Below, piece after piece: positions 21,464 to 30,985 of a DNA stretch of 64,000 nt (position 1 is the stretch's first letter; each line of letters starts with the position of its first letter). The stretch is taken from positions 35,570 to 99,569 of the forward strand of contig JAHLVW010000083.1 of the NCBI GenBank assembly GCA_019058275.1, given 5' to 3'. The notes under the pieces are model-generated. The model made no database searches, was not told the DNA's origin, and saw only the letters and a program-made list of their open reading frames with translations. The stretch is from Candidatus Heimdallarchaeota archaeon (GTDB taxonomy: Archaea; Asgardarchaeota; Heimdallarchaeia; JABLTI01). The position numbers and the translations under genes were made by a program.

Positions 21464-22439
21464 TAATTACTTCTTTGGGAAGATGAATAGCAAAAGTACA
21501 AATGTCATCTCCCTTTAAGACGGATTTAACAAGATCGACTTCTAAGGTTTGCTCGAAAATACCTTCAAAAGGCACTTTGTGCCATCCTCCAGAACAATTA
21601 CAAAAAGTATGTGAAACTTGTTTTTCTTCAGGTTTTTTCAATGAATCTCTAATCCAACCACAATGGCAATAATGATAGCGTTTGGTTTTATCATCTTTGG
21701 CTTCAACGAATTGTTTTATTTGATACGGGATTTTAGAAACATAAACGATATTCCCCTCTCGTACTCCCGCTTCGATAGATGGTTCAGCTTCAACATACTT
21801 ATACTCAGGAGAATTATACCCATATCTATCACCAATGATCTTTTTCCACTTAGCATGCATATGTTGTAAAACAACATCAATATTTCCTGCTTTTTCATAC
21901 ATTCTTTTCAATTTCTTGAAAGATGTAGACTTTGGACTTTTGAAGTGTAAATTATTAGTTAGAATTTTCTTGCAAGTTTTTTCATCAACATTTGCTTCTA
22001 AACAATCCATCATACACTTTGTCCAAGCAGCTTTCTTAACAGTTGATGAGGTTTGTTTAATGGGTCCACCTGCTGCGATGATTTTTTCTTGTAGCTCTTC
22101 ACCTACATATTCATCCAATGTTTCTTCGAATCGCGAAAGCCAAGTTCCTCTTCCTAATAATCGATTGGCATTAGCAATTAAATTATGATTCTCTGTGGCT
22201 TTTCCGTAGCTTTTCATTGCTAAAAGAAAGAGCTTTTTCTTTTTCTTGTCATCTTCCCATTGTTTGAGAAAAGCTTGTAAATCCTTCAAATATGATTTAT
22301 CTATCCCAAGAGATTTCTTTTCAATTTTGAGATAATCATCTATTTTTTTCACAAAAGTTACATATCTTTCTATTGTATTATCTTGCTTATTTTTCGATTT
22401 CATGAATTTTCTTAATTTCTCTTCTTGCATTAGTTTCAC
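21453..22439 (-). CDS. Integrase-SAM-like N-domain fused to a Cys-rich V4R-like (DUF6144-like) domain
   Basis: N-terminal LRKFMKSKNKQDNTIERYV; C-terminal HYCHCGW...FCNCSGG...SVLKGDDICTFAI. Confidence 0.75.
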   Translation of the reverse strand: MKLMQEEKLRKFMKSKNKQDNTIERYVTFVKKIDDYLKIEKKSLGIDKSYLKDLQAFLKQWEDDKKKKKLFLLAMKSYGKATENHNLIANANRLLGRGTWLSRFEETLDEYVGEELQEKIIAAGGPIKQTSSTVKKAAWTKCMMDCLEANVDEKTCKKILTNNLHFKSPKSTSFKKLKRMYEKAGNIDVVLQHMHAKWKKIIGDRYGYNSPEYKYVEAEPSIEAGVREGNIVYVSKIPYQIKQFVEAKDDKTKRYHYCHCGWIRDSLKKPEEKQVSHTFCNCSGGWHKVPFEGIFEQTLEVDLVKSVLKGDDICTFAIHLPKEVINEK

Positions 22440-22440
22440 C

Positions 22441-22944
22441 TTATTTTATGGGAATGAAAAAATCCATTTCTGATTCCTCATTATCCATGCCAAAAAAGCG
22501 CTTAGAATCATATGCTTGTATTTGGTATGAATATGATTCTTTATACTTAGATTTGGGCAACCATTCATGATAGATATAATTATTCGCTTCACGAAATTCT
22601 TTCCCTTTTGCAGAAAAAACAGCATATTTCGTTTTTGGTAGTATTTTACAAAACATTTCTAGAGGTATATTATGAAATCCTTTTACTTCAATACCGATAA
22701 ATACATACCATTTCTTCTCTTCCTTAGCAATTACAGGATCAATATGTACTTCATAAGTTTTTGAGGGGTTAATCAATATCTCTTTGAGTTGTTCTTTCTT
22801 TTCGTCAAGTAATTTAATAAATCGTACCCATAATCTACCAATCTCATTTTCAATGCTCCAACCCTTAATCGAATGAAATGGATCTCCGTAAAAAATGCTG
22901 CCAATTAGCTTTATTTCATCCTTATCAATGATTTTTTGCTTCAT
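22441..22944 (-). CDS. Stand-alone GyrI-like small-molecule-binding protein
   Basis: IGRLWVRF, LPKTKYAVF, YIYHEWLPKSKY, EMDFFIPIK. Confidence 0.88.
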   Translation of the reverse strand: MKQKIIDKDEIKLIGSIFYGDPFHSIKGWSIENEIGRLWVRFIKLLDEKKEQLKEILINPSKTYEVHIDPVIAKEEKKWYVFIGIEVKGFHNIPLEMFCKILPKTKYAVFSAKGKEFREANNYIYHEWLPKSKYKESYSYQIQAYDSKRFFGMDNEESEMDFFIPIK

Positions 22945-23008
22945 ACTTATCTAGACCTCATTAAAAAAAATTATCTTGATAATTTATAACAGTTTAAACA
23001 TCTTCCGC

Positions 23009-23470
23009 TTATAAGCCAAAACCATCATCTGGAAACCAATCTGGCCAACCTGAAATCCATTTTGGAATTTTAGCTTCTTTTACCCTGTCACATACAGGGA
23101 AATATGCCTTTAGGTCAAGTATTGGAGTCGTATCGAAAGCATCTATATTTTTAATCTTGATTAGTCCTTTTTCATGATTTATTTTGAGAATTTCCACTAT
23201 AGTCAAACCTATTGGATTTGGTCTGTATTCAGCCCTAGTAGCAAAAACACCGGTTACTGGAGGGTTTTCCCCATATGGAGGTGTACATTGGATACTTTTT
23301 TTGCTCTTAATATTATCATGTTTATCAGAACACCACAATACATGCATGTGACTAAAATGCTCTAGTTGTTGTAGAGCAGGTCTATATTCTTGAAAGAGTT
23401 CAAGATAGATGCCATCATCCTTTCTATTTACAAAACCTATTGGAGTTACTTTAAAATCTGTTTCAGTCAA
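23009..23470 (-). CDS. tsaA: TsaA/TrmO-family SAM-binding beta-barrel protein (single-domain form)
   Basis: PIGFV, LEHFSHMHVLW, GVFATRAEYRPNPIGLT, IDAFDTTPILDLKAY. Confidence 0.9.
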   Translation of the reverse strand: MTETDFKVTPIGFVNRKDDGIYLELFQEYRPALQQLEHFSHMHVLWCSDKHDNIKSKKSIQCTPPYGENPPVTGVFATRAEYRPNPIGLTIVEILKINHEKGLIKIKNIDAFDTTPILDLKAYFPVCDRVKEAKIPKWISGWPDWFPDDGFGL

Positions 23471-23638
23471 TTTAATTCCTCCAAAAAAGAGCTTCTTTCA
23501 AACATCTGTTTCTATTTAATATACATCGTATTTGGATATTTAAGAGTTTCTATTATCGGTGAATAATATTCATTAGAATTAGGTATTTATGTAATCTGAA
23601 CTGGAGAATATTTGCAATTAGTTGTAGAAAAATGAATG

Positions 23639-24025
23639 TTAGGTTTCTCTTCTTTGTAGAAAAGTATCTAGAAGATGCTTCTTCTGCTGTGCTTCTCGTT
23701 CTTTGATTTCGATTGATTGGGATTCAAGAAAAGCATCATTAATTGATTGTAAGAATTCAATACCCGTTTCGGTAATTCTATAATAACCATGATGGATTTT
23801 ATCAACCAGAGAAGCAGTTTTTAGAGAAGCAAGATGATTTGCTAAAGCTGTTCTACCGAGTTCAACTTCAGACATTAGTTCTTGGAATGTTTTTGTTCCC
23901 TCTAATAAGACTATTAGTATTTTCATTCTATTAGGAGAACCCAAAGCTTTCAAAACAAATATGAGATCATTGAAAGATCGCTGGAGGGATTCATATAATT
24001 CAGAATTGACATTATTATCTGACAT
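23639..24025 (-). CDS. ArsR-like winged-helix transcriptional regulator
   Basis: LKALGSPNRMKIL, LANHLASLKTASLV, YRITETG. Confidence 0.9.
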   Translation of the reverse strand: MSDNNVNSELYESLQRSFNDLIFVLKALGSPNRMKILIVLLEGTKTFQELMSEVELGRTALANHLASLKTASLVDKIHHGYYRITETGIEFLQSINDAFLESQSIEIKEREAQQKKHLLDTFLQRRET

Positions 24026-24096
24026 GATTCGGGTTAATTTGACCCTATTTTAATATAAATACTTAATCATGCAATGTTCATATATGAGATTAAGCA

Positions 24097-24903
24097 ATGA
24101 TTAAAGCGATTAAAATGAGTGTCCCCGATTACAAGATTATCAATATTACAGAGCAAAACTTAGATGAATATGATTTATTATGTCACAAATCCAAGAAAAG
24201 TGGAGAAGGATATCAAAATAAAGTCAAGTGGTTTATGGATCGATTAAAAGAAGGATTAAAATTAAAGCTCTTATTAATCGATGAGGGTACAAGAGGTTTT
24301 CGATCCAGGGGTTTTATTGAGTATATTCCAGGTGAATACACATGGCGTGGAATCGATGCTAAAGGATATATGGTCATTCATTGTATTTGGGTTATTGGTA
24401 AGAATAAGAAAATGGGTTTTGGTGTGAAATTACTAAATAAATGTTTAATTGATGCACAAGGAATGTATGGGGTAGTAGTTGTAACATCTAAAACTGGTTG
24501 GTTACCAAAAAGTAAATTTTTCATAAAAAATAGTTTTGAGAAAGTAGACGGTTTACCCCCGTCTTTTGATCTTTATGTAAAGAAATTTTCAGAGGTATTT
24601 CCCAATCCGGCATTCTATCCTATTTCTCGGAAAGAAGAATTTTCAGATGGTTTAGCAATTATGATTTCTCATCAATGCCCATATTCACCTTCAGCAAAAA
24701 ATGTAGTACAAAGAGTTGCAAAGAAACTAAACCTACCATTTAGAGTGATTGAAATTACTGATTGCAAACAAGCACAAAGAAATGGAATTCATCCATATGG
24801 AACATATTGTGTAGTATTAAATGGTGAAGCTTTGACTTATCGGGCTAGTAGTGAAAAAGATATATTGGAATTAATAAAAAAGAAAGAAGTTAAGATTGAG
24901 TAA
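24097..24903 (+). CDS. YoaP-type GNAT acetyltransferase with a C-terminal thioredoxin-like domain
   Basis: GFIEYIPGE, YMVIHCIWVIGKNKKMGFG, HQCPY, PYGTYCVVLNG. Confidence 0.85.
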   Translation: MIKAIKMSVPDYKIINITEQNLDEYDLLCHKSKKSGEGYQNKVKWFMDRLKEGLKLKLLLIDEGTRGFRSRGFIEYIPGEYTWRGIDAKGYMVIHCIWVIGKNKKMGFGVKLLNKCLIDAQGMYGVVVVTSKTGWLPKSKFFIKNSFEKVDGLPPSFDLYVKKFSEVFPNPAFYPISRKEEFSDGLAIMISHQCPYSPSAKNVVQRVAKKLNLPFRVIEITDCKQAQRNGIHPYGTYCVVLNGEALTYRASSEKDILELIKKKEVKIE

Positions 24904-24912
24904 AAGAGGGAA

Positions 24913-25446
24913 ATGCTTAATTCCTATTTAAACCTTCGATATATTGAGGAAGGTATAATGAATTCTGATAAGAAACACGTTTGGATTTCAAGCGGTTTAT
25001 TAGGCCAATTTTCAAGCAGTTGGAAGATGCTTCGAAGTGCTATTGATAATGCTCCTGACGAGTATTGGTATGGGAAGGAACATGATTGGAATTATTCACG
25101 AACGATTTACCATACAATTGAAACACAACTTTTCTACATAAGGAGTTCTCCTGAAGGCATGGAATGGGGTAAAATAATAAAAGAAATTAACACTGAAAAA
25201 AAACCCCCTAAAGAAGTCTACCCCTCAAAAGAGATTTTGATTGATTATTTGGGGAAGGTGAAAAAGCAGGTTACCACTTATCTCAAAGTAGTTAAGTTTG
25301 AAGAATTACTCGAGAAAGATGACTTCAAATGGTTTGGTTCTGTATTTGAAAAGCTACTTTATTTGTTAAGACATAATGCACATCACATTGGAGAATTAGC
25401 TAGAATGCTCCGAGAATGGGGATGTGATCGAGTAGAATGGACTTGA
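24913..25446 (+). CDS. DinB-family protein (likely start MNSDKK at 24958)
   Basis: IYHTIE and LRHNAHHIGEL metal-binding His pattern. Confidence 0.85.
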   Translation: MLNSYLNLRYIEEGIMNSDKKHVWISSGLLGQFSSSWKMLRSAIDNAPDEYWYGKEHDWNYSRTIYHTIETQLFYIRSSPEGMEWGKIIKEINTEKKPPKEVYPSKEILIDYLGKVKKQVTTYLKVVKFEELLEKDDFKWFGSVFEKLLYLLRHNAHHIGELARMLREWGCDRVEWT

Positions 25447-25467
25447 ATTATAATCCATTTTCACTTT

Positions 25468-26436
25468 CTATTCTATTTTTGGCATTTTGTCTATGGGAAT
25501 GTTAAATTTCTGAGCAATTATTCCCAAAGCTGCTTTTGTAAAATTAGTAATGTCCTTTAATGAAGAATCTAATCCGAAATTTGCATGTCCAGTTTTTTCA
25601 AAAGCGCATAAGAAGAGTGTTGGAGAACCTGTCTCTAATGCCAATTGATTCTTCTCAGCAGAAACAAAATAAATTGGTTCTTGCTTCCCCTTTTCATAAA
25701 GGTAAAGTAAATGTTCATACTGAATATTGCCATAACTTACAATATCGCTAACTATTATTGCTTCATAATTTCCAAGCTTAAATGACTTCTTTTCTGCAGC
25801 TGAAACAATTGAAGGAAGATAGTATTCAATTTTAAGAATATTAAACAAATACTTCAATAGAATCGTGCAGAATGGATCATAATCAAGTGCTTTTCTTAAC
25901 ACTGATTCAGCTTCTGTTGGATTGTTGTTGTTCTCGACTAAAATTATTGATAGGTTTAGTGATGCTTTGGTAATTGATGGATCAATATCTAATGTAGTTC
26001 GGTAAGCATTTTCAGCTTCTGTATAATTTTCCAATTTATGATATGTCGTTCCTAGATTTAACCAAGCTACAGGATCTTGAGGTTCAAGTTGTAGAAATTC
26101 ATTATAAGCTTCTTTAGCACCGATCAAATCATTTTGTTGAGTTAAAATAATTGCTAAGTTGAACCATGCATTTATTGCGCTTGGATTTATTTTAAGTGTC
26201 TGTCGATAATTTTTTTCAGCTTCTTTAAACTCACCTTTGTCTCCCATGGTTATTGCTAGTTCAAACCAAATCATTGAATTTTGTTGATCAAGCTGTAAGG
26301 CTTCTCTAAGTGACTCTTCTGCTTCAGCTAATTTATTTTTCAATCTCAAAGTAATTCCAAGCTCTATCCAAGAATCAACATCTTGTGGATTTTGCTTTAC
26401 TCGAGTTCTATAAAACTCTTCATCGTTTTTACTCAT
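25468..26436 (-). CDS. TPR-repeat protein with an unknown C-terminal domain
   Basis: About 5 TPR units (WIELG..AEESLREAL, AWFNLA, AWLNLG). Confidence 0.9.
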   Translation of the reverse strand: MSKNDEEFYRTRVKQNPQDVDSWIELGITLRLKNKLAEAEESLREALQLDQQNSMIWFELAITMGDKGEFKEAEKNYRQTLKINPSAINAWFNLAIILTQQNDLIGAKEAYNEFLQLEPQDPVAWLNLGTTYHKLENYTEAENAYRTTLDIDPSITKASLNLSIILVENNNNPTEAESVLRKALDYDPFCTILLKYLFNILKIEYYLPSIVSAAEKKSFKLGNYEAIIVSDIVSYGNIQYEHLLYLYEKGKQEPIYFVSAEKNQLALETGSPTLFLCAFEKTGHANFGLDSSLKDITNFTKAALGIIAQKFNIPIDKMPKIE

Positions 26437-26598
26437 ACATTTTACAATCCAATGAGAAATACCTAAGAGATGATTACCTCTCGATTCTTTATAACTTATT
26501 TTGTTTACAATTCACAAAGCGAAAAGGTTAACTTTCAATTATTTTAAACATATCCAAATTTTTCCGAAATATTTTTCATAAATGTTTGCAAAATACAA

Positions 26599-28143
26599 AT
26601 GATAATGACTTCTATTACTAACACCACAATTACTATAATTCCAGAACCTGTGGAATTAAAGAAAATTAATGGACATTTCGAGATTACAAAAGAAACTATG
26701 CTTTTTGTTGGAGAGAAACTAAAGAAAGTAGAAGAGTATTTACAACAATTAGTACAACCCTCTTTTAGTTGGAGAATTCCTGTTAGCACTAAACGAGTTA
26801 AAACTAATTATATTGATCTTTTGATTTGCGAAGAAGATCAAGAATTGGGCGAAGAAGGGTATGTTCTTAGTTCTACAAAAGATGGAATAAGAATTGAAGG
26901 AAACACTCCAAAAGGTGTTTTTTATGGCATACAGACACTTAGACAATTACTACCAATGGAGATAGAAGAGAAGAGTCAAATTCAAAATATCGAATGGGTA
27001 ATTCCTCGTGTTACAATAAAGGATTATCCAAGATTTGAATGGCGAGGATTCATGTTAGATGAAGCTCGGTATTTTATGGGGACAGAAGTTGTTAAGAAAT
27101 ATTTAGATTTGATGGCTTTACAAAAATTGAATAAATTTCATTGGCATTTAGTTGATGATCAAGGTTGGCGAATAGAAATCGAAAAATACCCAAAGCTTAC
27201 AAAAGTTGGTTCTAAACGTGAGTTGAAACAAAAACGTGGTGAAATAGCTAATACTGAGAATCCTAATATCTATGGAAGATTTTACAAAAAGTCAGAGATA
27301 CAAGAAATCATTCAATATGCAAAAGATCGTTTTATAGAAATCATACCTGAAATTGAAATGCCAGGACATTCATCTGCTGCTTTAGCTGCTTACCCTGAAC
27401 TAAGTTGTACAGGAGGACCATTTGAAGTTCCTACAAGATGGGGAATTTTTGCTGATACTTATTGTCCTGGAAATGATGAAGTTTACGAATTTCTGAAAAA
27501 CGTTCTTGATGAGGTCATAGAGCTCTTTCCCTCTAAAATCATTCACATTGGTGGCGATGAAGTTCCTAAAATCCGCTGGCGATCTTGCTCTAAGTGTAAG
27601 GAAAAGATGAAAAAGGAAAATATTTCGAAGATTAAGGATTTACAAGTTCTTCTCACAAATTACTTTGCCACATATCTCGAGTCAAAAGGTAGAAGATTAA
27701 TGGGGTGGAATCAAATCCTAGATGAAAACTTAGTAAATAATGCTATTTCTCAATACTGGTTAGGAAAACAAAGGGAAACAATCAGTCATATAAAGCAAGG
27801 CAGAGATACTGTTATAACAAAATACTTGTGGACTTACTTGGATCATCCATACAAGATACTTTCTTTAAAGAAAGCCTATAGGTTTGAACCAATTTTTTCA
27901 AAGTTAGGTGAAAAACATCACTCGCATATTATTGGAATTGAAGCACCTCTTTGGACAGAACGCATCCCCAACGAAGAAAGATTAGATTGGCAAGCATTCC
28001 CTAGATTAATAGCATATGCTGAAATTGGTTGGACACCTAAAGATAAGAAAGACTACAAATCATTTAGAAATAGATTAGAAGCATTCCTAAAAAGACTAGA
28101 TATTCTTGGTATAAATTACGCAACAATGAAAGAAGCAGAATGA
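26599..28143 (+). CDS. GH20 beta-N-acetylhexosaminidase (no signal peptide)
   Basis: DYPRFEWRGFMLD, FHWHLVDDQGWR, PEIEMPGH, catalytic HIGGDE, LWTE. Confidence 0.96.
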   Translation: MIMTSITNTTITIIPEPVELKKINGHFEITKETMLFVGEKLKKVEEYLQQLVQPSFSWRIPVSTKRVKTNYIDLLICEEDQELGEEGYVLSSTKDGIRIEGNTPKGVFYGIQTLRQLLPMEIEEKSQIQNIEWVIPRVTIKDYPRFEWRGFMLDEARYFMGTEVVKKYLDLMALQKLNKFHWHLVDDQGWRIEIEKYPKLTKVGSKRELKQKRGEIANTENPNIYGRFYKKSEIQEIIQYAKDRFIEIIPEIEMPGHSSAALAAYPELSCTGGPFEVPTRWGIFADTYCPGNDEVYEFLKNVLDEVIELFPSKIIHIGGDEVPKIRWRSCSKCKEKMKKENISKIKDLQVLLTNYFATYLESKGRRLMGWNQILDENLVNNAISQYWLGKQRETISHIKQGRDTVITKYLWTYLDHPYKILSLKKAYRFEPIFSKLGEKHHSHIIGIEAPLWTERIPNEERLDWQAFPRLIAYAEIGWTPKDKKDYKSFRNRLEAFLKRLDILGINYATMKEAE

Positions 28144-29138
28144 AATTCTAATAATTCAAATCTATTCTTTTTGCTTCCTTTAAAACAGAGTACATCTATT
28201 GTAACGAATTCATTCATTAGCCGCTTATTTACACCACCCCAATTTGCTGGAGAGAAATAACTTTTATCAATATTGTTTGGTTGAAAATATTTTGATTCAG
28301 TAGGGAAACCACCATCAGGCAACCTTTTGGATTCAAGGATATCAATTGCTTCAATACAACATGAATCAGTGATTTTATTGGCTTCTGCAAGAACCTTTAA
28401 TGCCATTAATATGTCATAATGCCAAAAGGGAGGATAATGTAGTTTTAACCACTCGTTTTTAATTATCTCATTATCAGATAATCCTCTAAAGAGCTTTCTT
28501 TTGAGAAAAAGTTCTGCACATTTATCTACAGCGATTTTAACCCTACTATCATTAAAAATTTCATTATACAAGTTTAATGCTCGTAAAGGAATAAGACTTT
28601 CGTGATAAGAGGACTTAATCACTTTAGGTTTCTTATCACAATTCCAACCACCATCATCCCACTGATAGTCGACTAATCTATTAACAAGGTTCTTCACTCG
28701 TCTATCATAAATCTTGAGCTTTAAAATAGAGTAAAGACCATTTCCATCTTGAGATGCGCAAAATCTCTTTCGATCTTCAATTATAGGGAATTTTTTCCAC
28801 CTTTTACTACCTAATAACCACTCTAATTCACTATCTCTGCTTGGAATTAAAGATGAATCACCAGGTGGATAACAAATGTCAGCGAGGGATGCTAATATCC
28901 AATGAGCACCTTGCCATTTTGTATAAACATGGTATTTGCTTTGCTCACCTTCTTTTGGTAGATAAGAAAATAATGAAGAAATAACTGTTGATGTTTCTTT
29001 GATGTTTTCAGTTAAACGAATAACTTCTTCTGTTTCATATTTATAGTTTAATAACTGAATGTAGGTTTTCAGCCTTATAGCAGGTTCTTTAGATGATAGA
29101 AGTTTTTCAATGATATCATCTTGAGTCAAAATAATCAC
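28116..29138 (-). CDS. Terpene-cyclase/prenyltransferase-fold protein, probably with a late frameshift
   Basis: VYTKWQGAHWIL, YQWDDGGWNCD, LHYPPFWHYDILMAL, RLPDGGF. An alternative frame after ~28187 ends at TAG 28148. Confidence 0.7.
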   Translation of the reverse strand: MIILTQDDIIEKLLSSKEPAIRLKTYIQLLNYKYETEEVIRLTENIKETSTVISSLFSYLPKEGEQSKYHVYTKWQGAHWILASLADICYPPGDSSLIPSRDSELEWLLGSKRWKKFPIIEDRKRFCASQDGNGLYSILKLKIYDRRVKNLVNRLVDYQWDDGGWNCDKKPKVIKSSYHESLIPLRALNLYNEIFNDSRVKIAVDKCAELFLKRKLFRGLSDNEIIKNEWLKLHYPPFWHYDILMALKVLAEANKITDSCCIEAIDILESKRLPDGGFPTESKYFQPNNIDKSYFSPANWGGVNKRLMNEFVTIDVLCFKGSKKNRFELLEFHSASFIVA

Positions 29139-29203
29139 TAACAGTTTAATCTCAAAGATGAATATTACTTTTTTGAGTAAGAAGTTTCTTGCAATTAAAA
29201 AAG

Positions 29204-30985
29204 CTAATTGGACGAAGAATGAAATTTATCCTTAAGTTTGCTGATTTTTTCTGCTTCTTCTTCTCCTTTCAAAGTTTTTAATTTTTCAATTGCTTGATCA
29301 AAAACCCATCCTTGTAAAGCACGATGTTCAGGATCTTCATTTAGCAAGGTTTCGAAGTAACCTACTGGATCTGATAATTTCACTACTTTTGTATTATCTT
29401 TGTATAGAAATTCATCTTCAAAAATTACTGGAGTACCCAAGAACGAAAAGAATAGGTTAGGAATACTTTCATGCTCATAAAGACGGTCATTTTCGTAGTA
29501 GAGATGTCCATCAACTATCTTTACAATGTTAATAGCAAATTCAGTATGATACCAATTCCATAGATACAAACCTGTATGTTTTTTCCACTCAAGTCTGTTC
29601 GGTCCTTGTTCCTTAGTTATTCTACCAAGATAATTGAAATACGCTAGACCATATGTTTTGGAGAAGTACTTAAAACCCTTGGGGTTTTCATTCCTTTCAA
29701 GTTCAAAAATTAGCCCATCAGTATTTTCTCTTGAGAATGCTAATTCATTATGAGAGACTAAACGCTCCTTTGCTTTTCCTCTATCTATATACAATCCTTG
29801 AGCATTGGCATTTATCTTTAAAATGCCTTCTTTTCCAGAGTAGACTCCAACCAGACGATCTAGCAATATTACTTTGATATCTTTCTGAGGTGAATTCGCA
29901 TATGGATAACTAGTAGAATCAGGAGATATTTCTTTGGATTTGAAAACTGATTCTAAAATTCTTTGTGGAAGTTCCTTTATGAACCTCAAATTATATTCCT
30001 GATTTGTAAATACAGCAATACCAAAATCATGTTCTGGTGACCAATACATTTCAGAAATAAAACCATAACCACCGCCATTGTGATAGTAAAATTTCGTTCC
30101 GAACGTATCCATTACCTCGGTTCCTAAACCATAATTGTAATTCCCAAAGGGAGTTCTCATTTGGTTAATGTAATCTTTCATTAGGATCTCTTTACCATTT
30201 ACTGAGCCAAGGTTTAGAAGAAATTGCACTAATTTTGCTTGATCCTTTATCGAAAGATGTGCTATCCCACAACCGTATCCACTTGGTTCTACAGGAATTG
30301 TTTTGTAATCACCAAGATATCCTTTAGCTGAATTCTCCATTTTGGATATTTCCTTCGTATCATAATTAAAAGTAATTCCAAGTGGATTTCCAAGCATTTC
30401 TTGGACATATACTGGGTAAGCCTTTCCGGTAATTAACTCGAGGACATAAGCAACCAAGTCCATACCTGCATTACAATATGAAAAGCCATCTCCAACTTTG
30501 AATTTAAGCCAAGAATTATTTATACTCTTTATGTGTTCCTCGAATGAACACTCATCGTAATTGAACACCCCCCCTAATCTTGCTTCTCTAGCAAGACCAG
30601 AGCTGTGTGTTAGTAGATGTTTGAATGTAATTTTCTTATACTGATCTTTACCATATCGACTATTAACCTTGAAATCTGGGTAGTACTTAACTAATTGGTC
30701 ATCTAATTTAACAAGTCCTTTTTGAGCAGCTAATTGAAAAGCAAGAGCAGTTACAGTTTTGCTTGTGGATTGCAGTGAAAACAATGTATCCTTATCGATT
30801 TTCTTACTGTTTCCTTCATCAGTAAAACCAAAACAGCCCATCCAGATTATTTCTTCTTTTGTAACTAATGCTATTGCTAATCCGTGAATGTTATCCTTCT
30901 TCATTTCTTTTGGAATTTCTTTCTTTAATTCAGATCGATTAGTCTCTTTTAGATAATGAATGAGCTCTTTCACAAGTTTACCCAC
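29204..30985 (-). CDS. Beta-lactamase-family serine hydrolase with C-terminal beta-rich extensions
   Basis: FSLQSTSK, LLTHSSG, FSYCNAG, YHNGG. Confidence 0.9.
   Translation of the reverse strand: MGKLVKELIHYLKETNRSELKKEIPKEMKKDNIHGLAIALVTKEEIIWMGCFGFTDEGNSKKIDKDTLFSLQSTSKTVTALAFQLAAQKGLVKLDDQLVKYYPDFKVNSRYGKDQYKKITFKHLLTHSSGLAREARLGGVFNYDECSFEEHIKSINNSWLKFKVGDGFSYCNAGMDLVAYVLELITGKAYPVYVQEMLGNPLGITFNYDTKEISKMENSAKGYLGDYKTIPVEPSGYGCGIAHLSIKDQAKLVQFLLNLGSVNGKEILMKDYINQMRTPFGNYNYGLGTEVMDTFGTKFYYHNGGGYGFISEMYWSPEHDFGIAVFTNQEYNLRFIKELPQRILESVFKSKEISPDSTSYPYANSPQKDIKVILLDRLVGVYSGKEGILKINANAQGLYIDRGKAKERLVSHNELAFSRENTDGLIFELERNENPKGFKYFSKTYGLAYFNYLGRITKEQGPNRLEWKKHTGLYLWNWYHTEFAINIVKIVDGHLYYENDRLYEHESIPNLFFSFLGTPVIFEDEFLYKDNTKVVKLSDPVGYFETLLNEDPEHRALQGWVFDQAIEKLKTLKGEEEAEKISKLKDKFHSSSN

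Noticed and set aside
10710-29138. Squalene-hopene cyclase or hopanoid pathway
   Set aside because: The proteins are short, lack the DxDD motif and have no isoprenoid pathway neighbours
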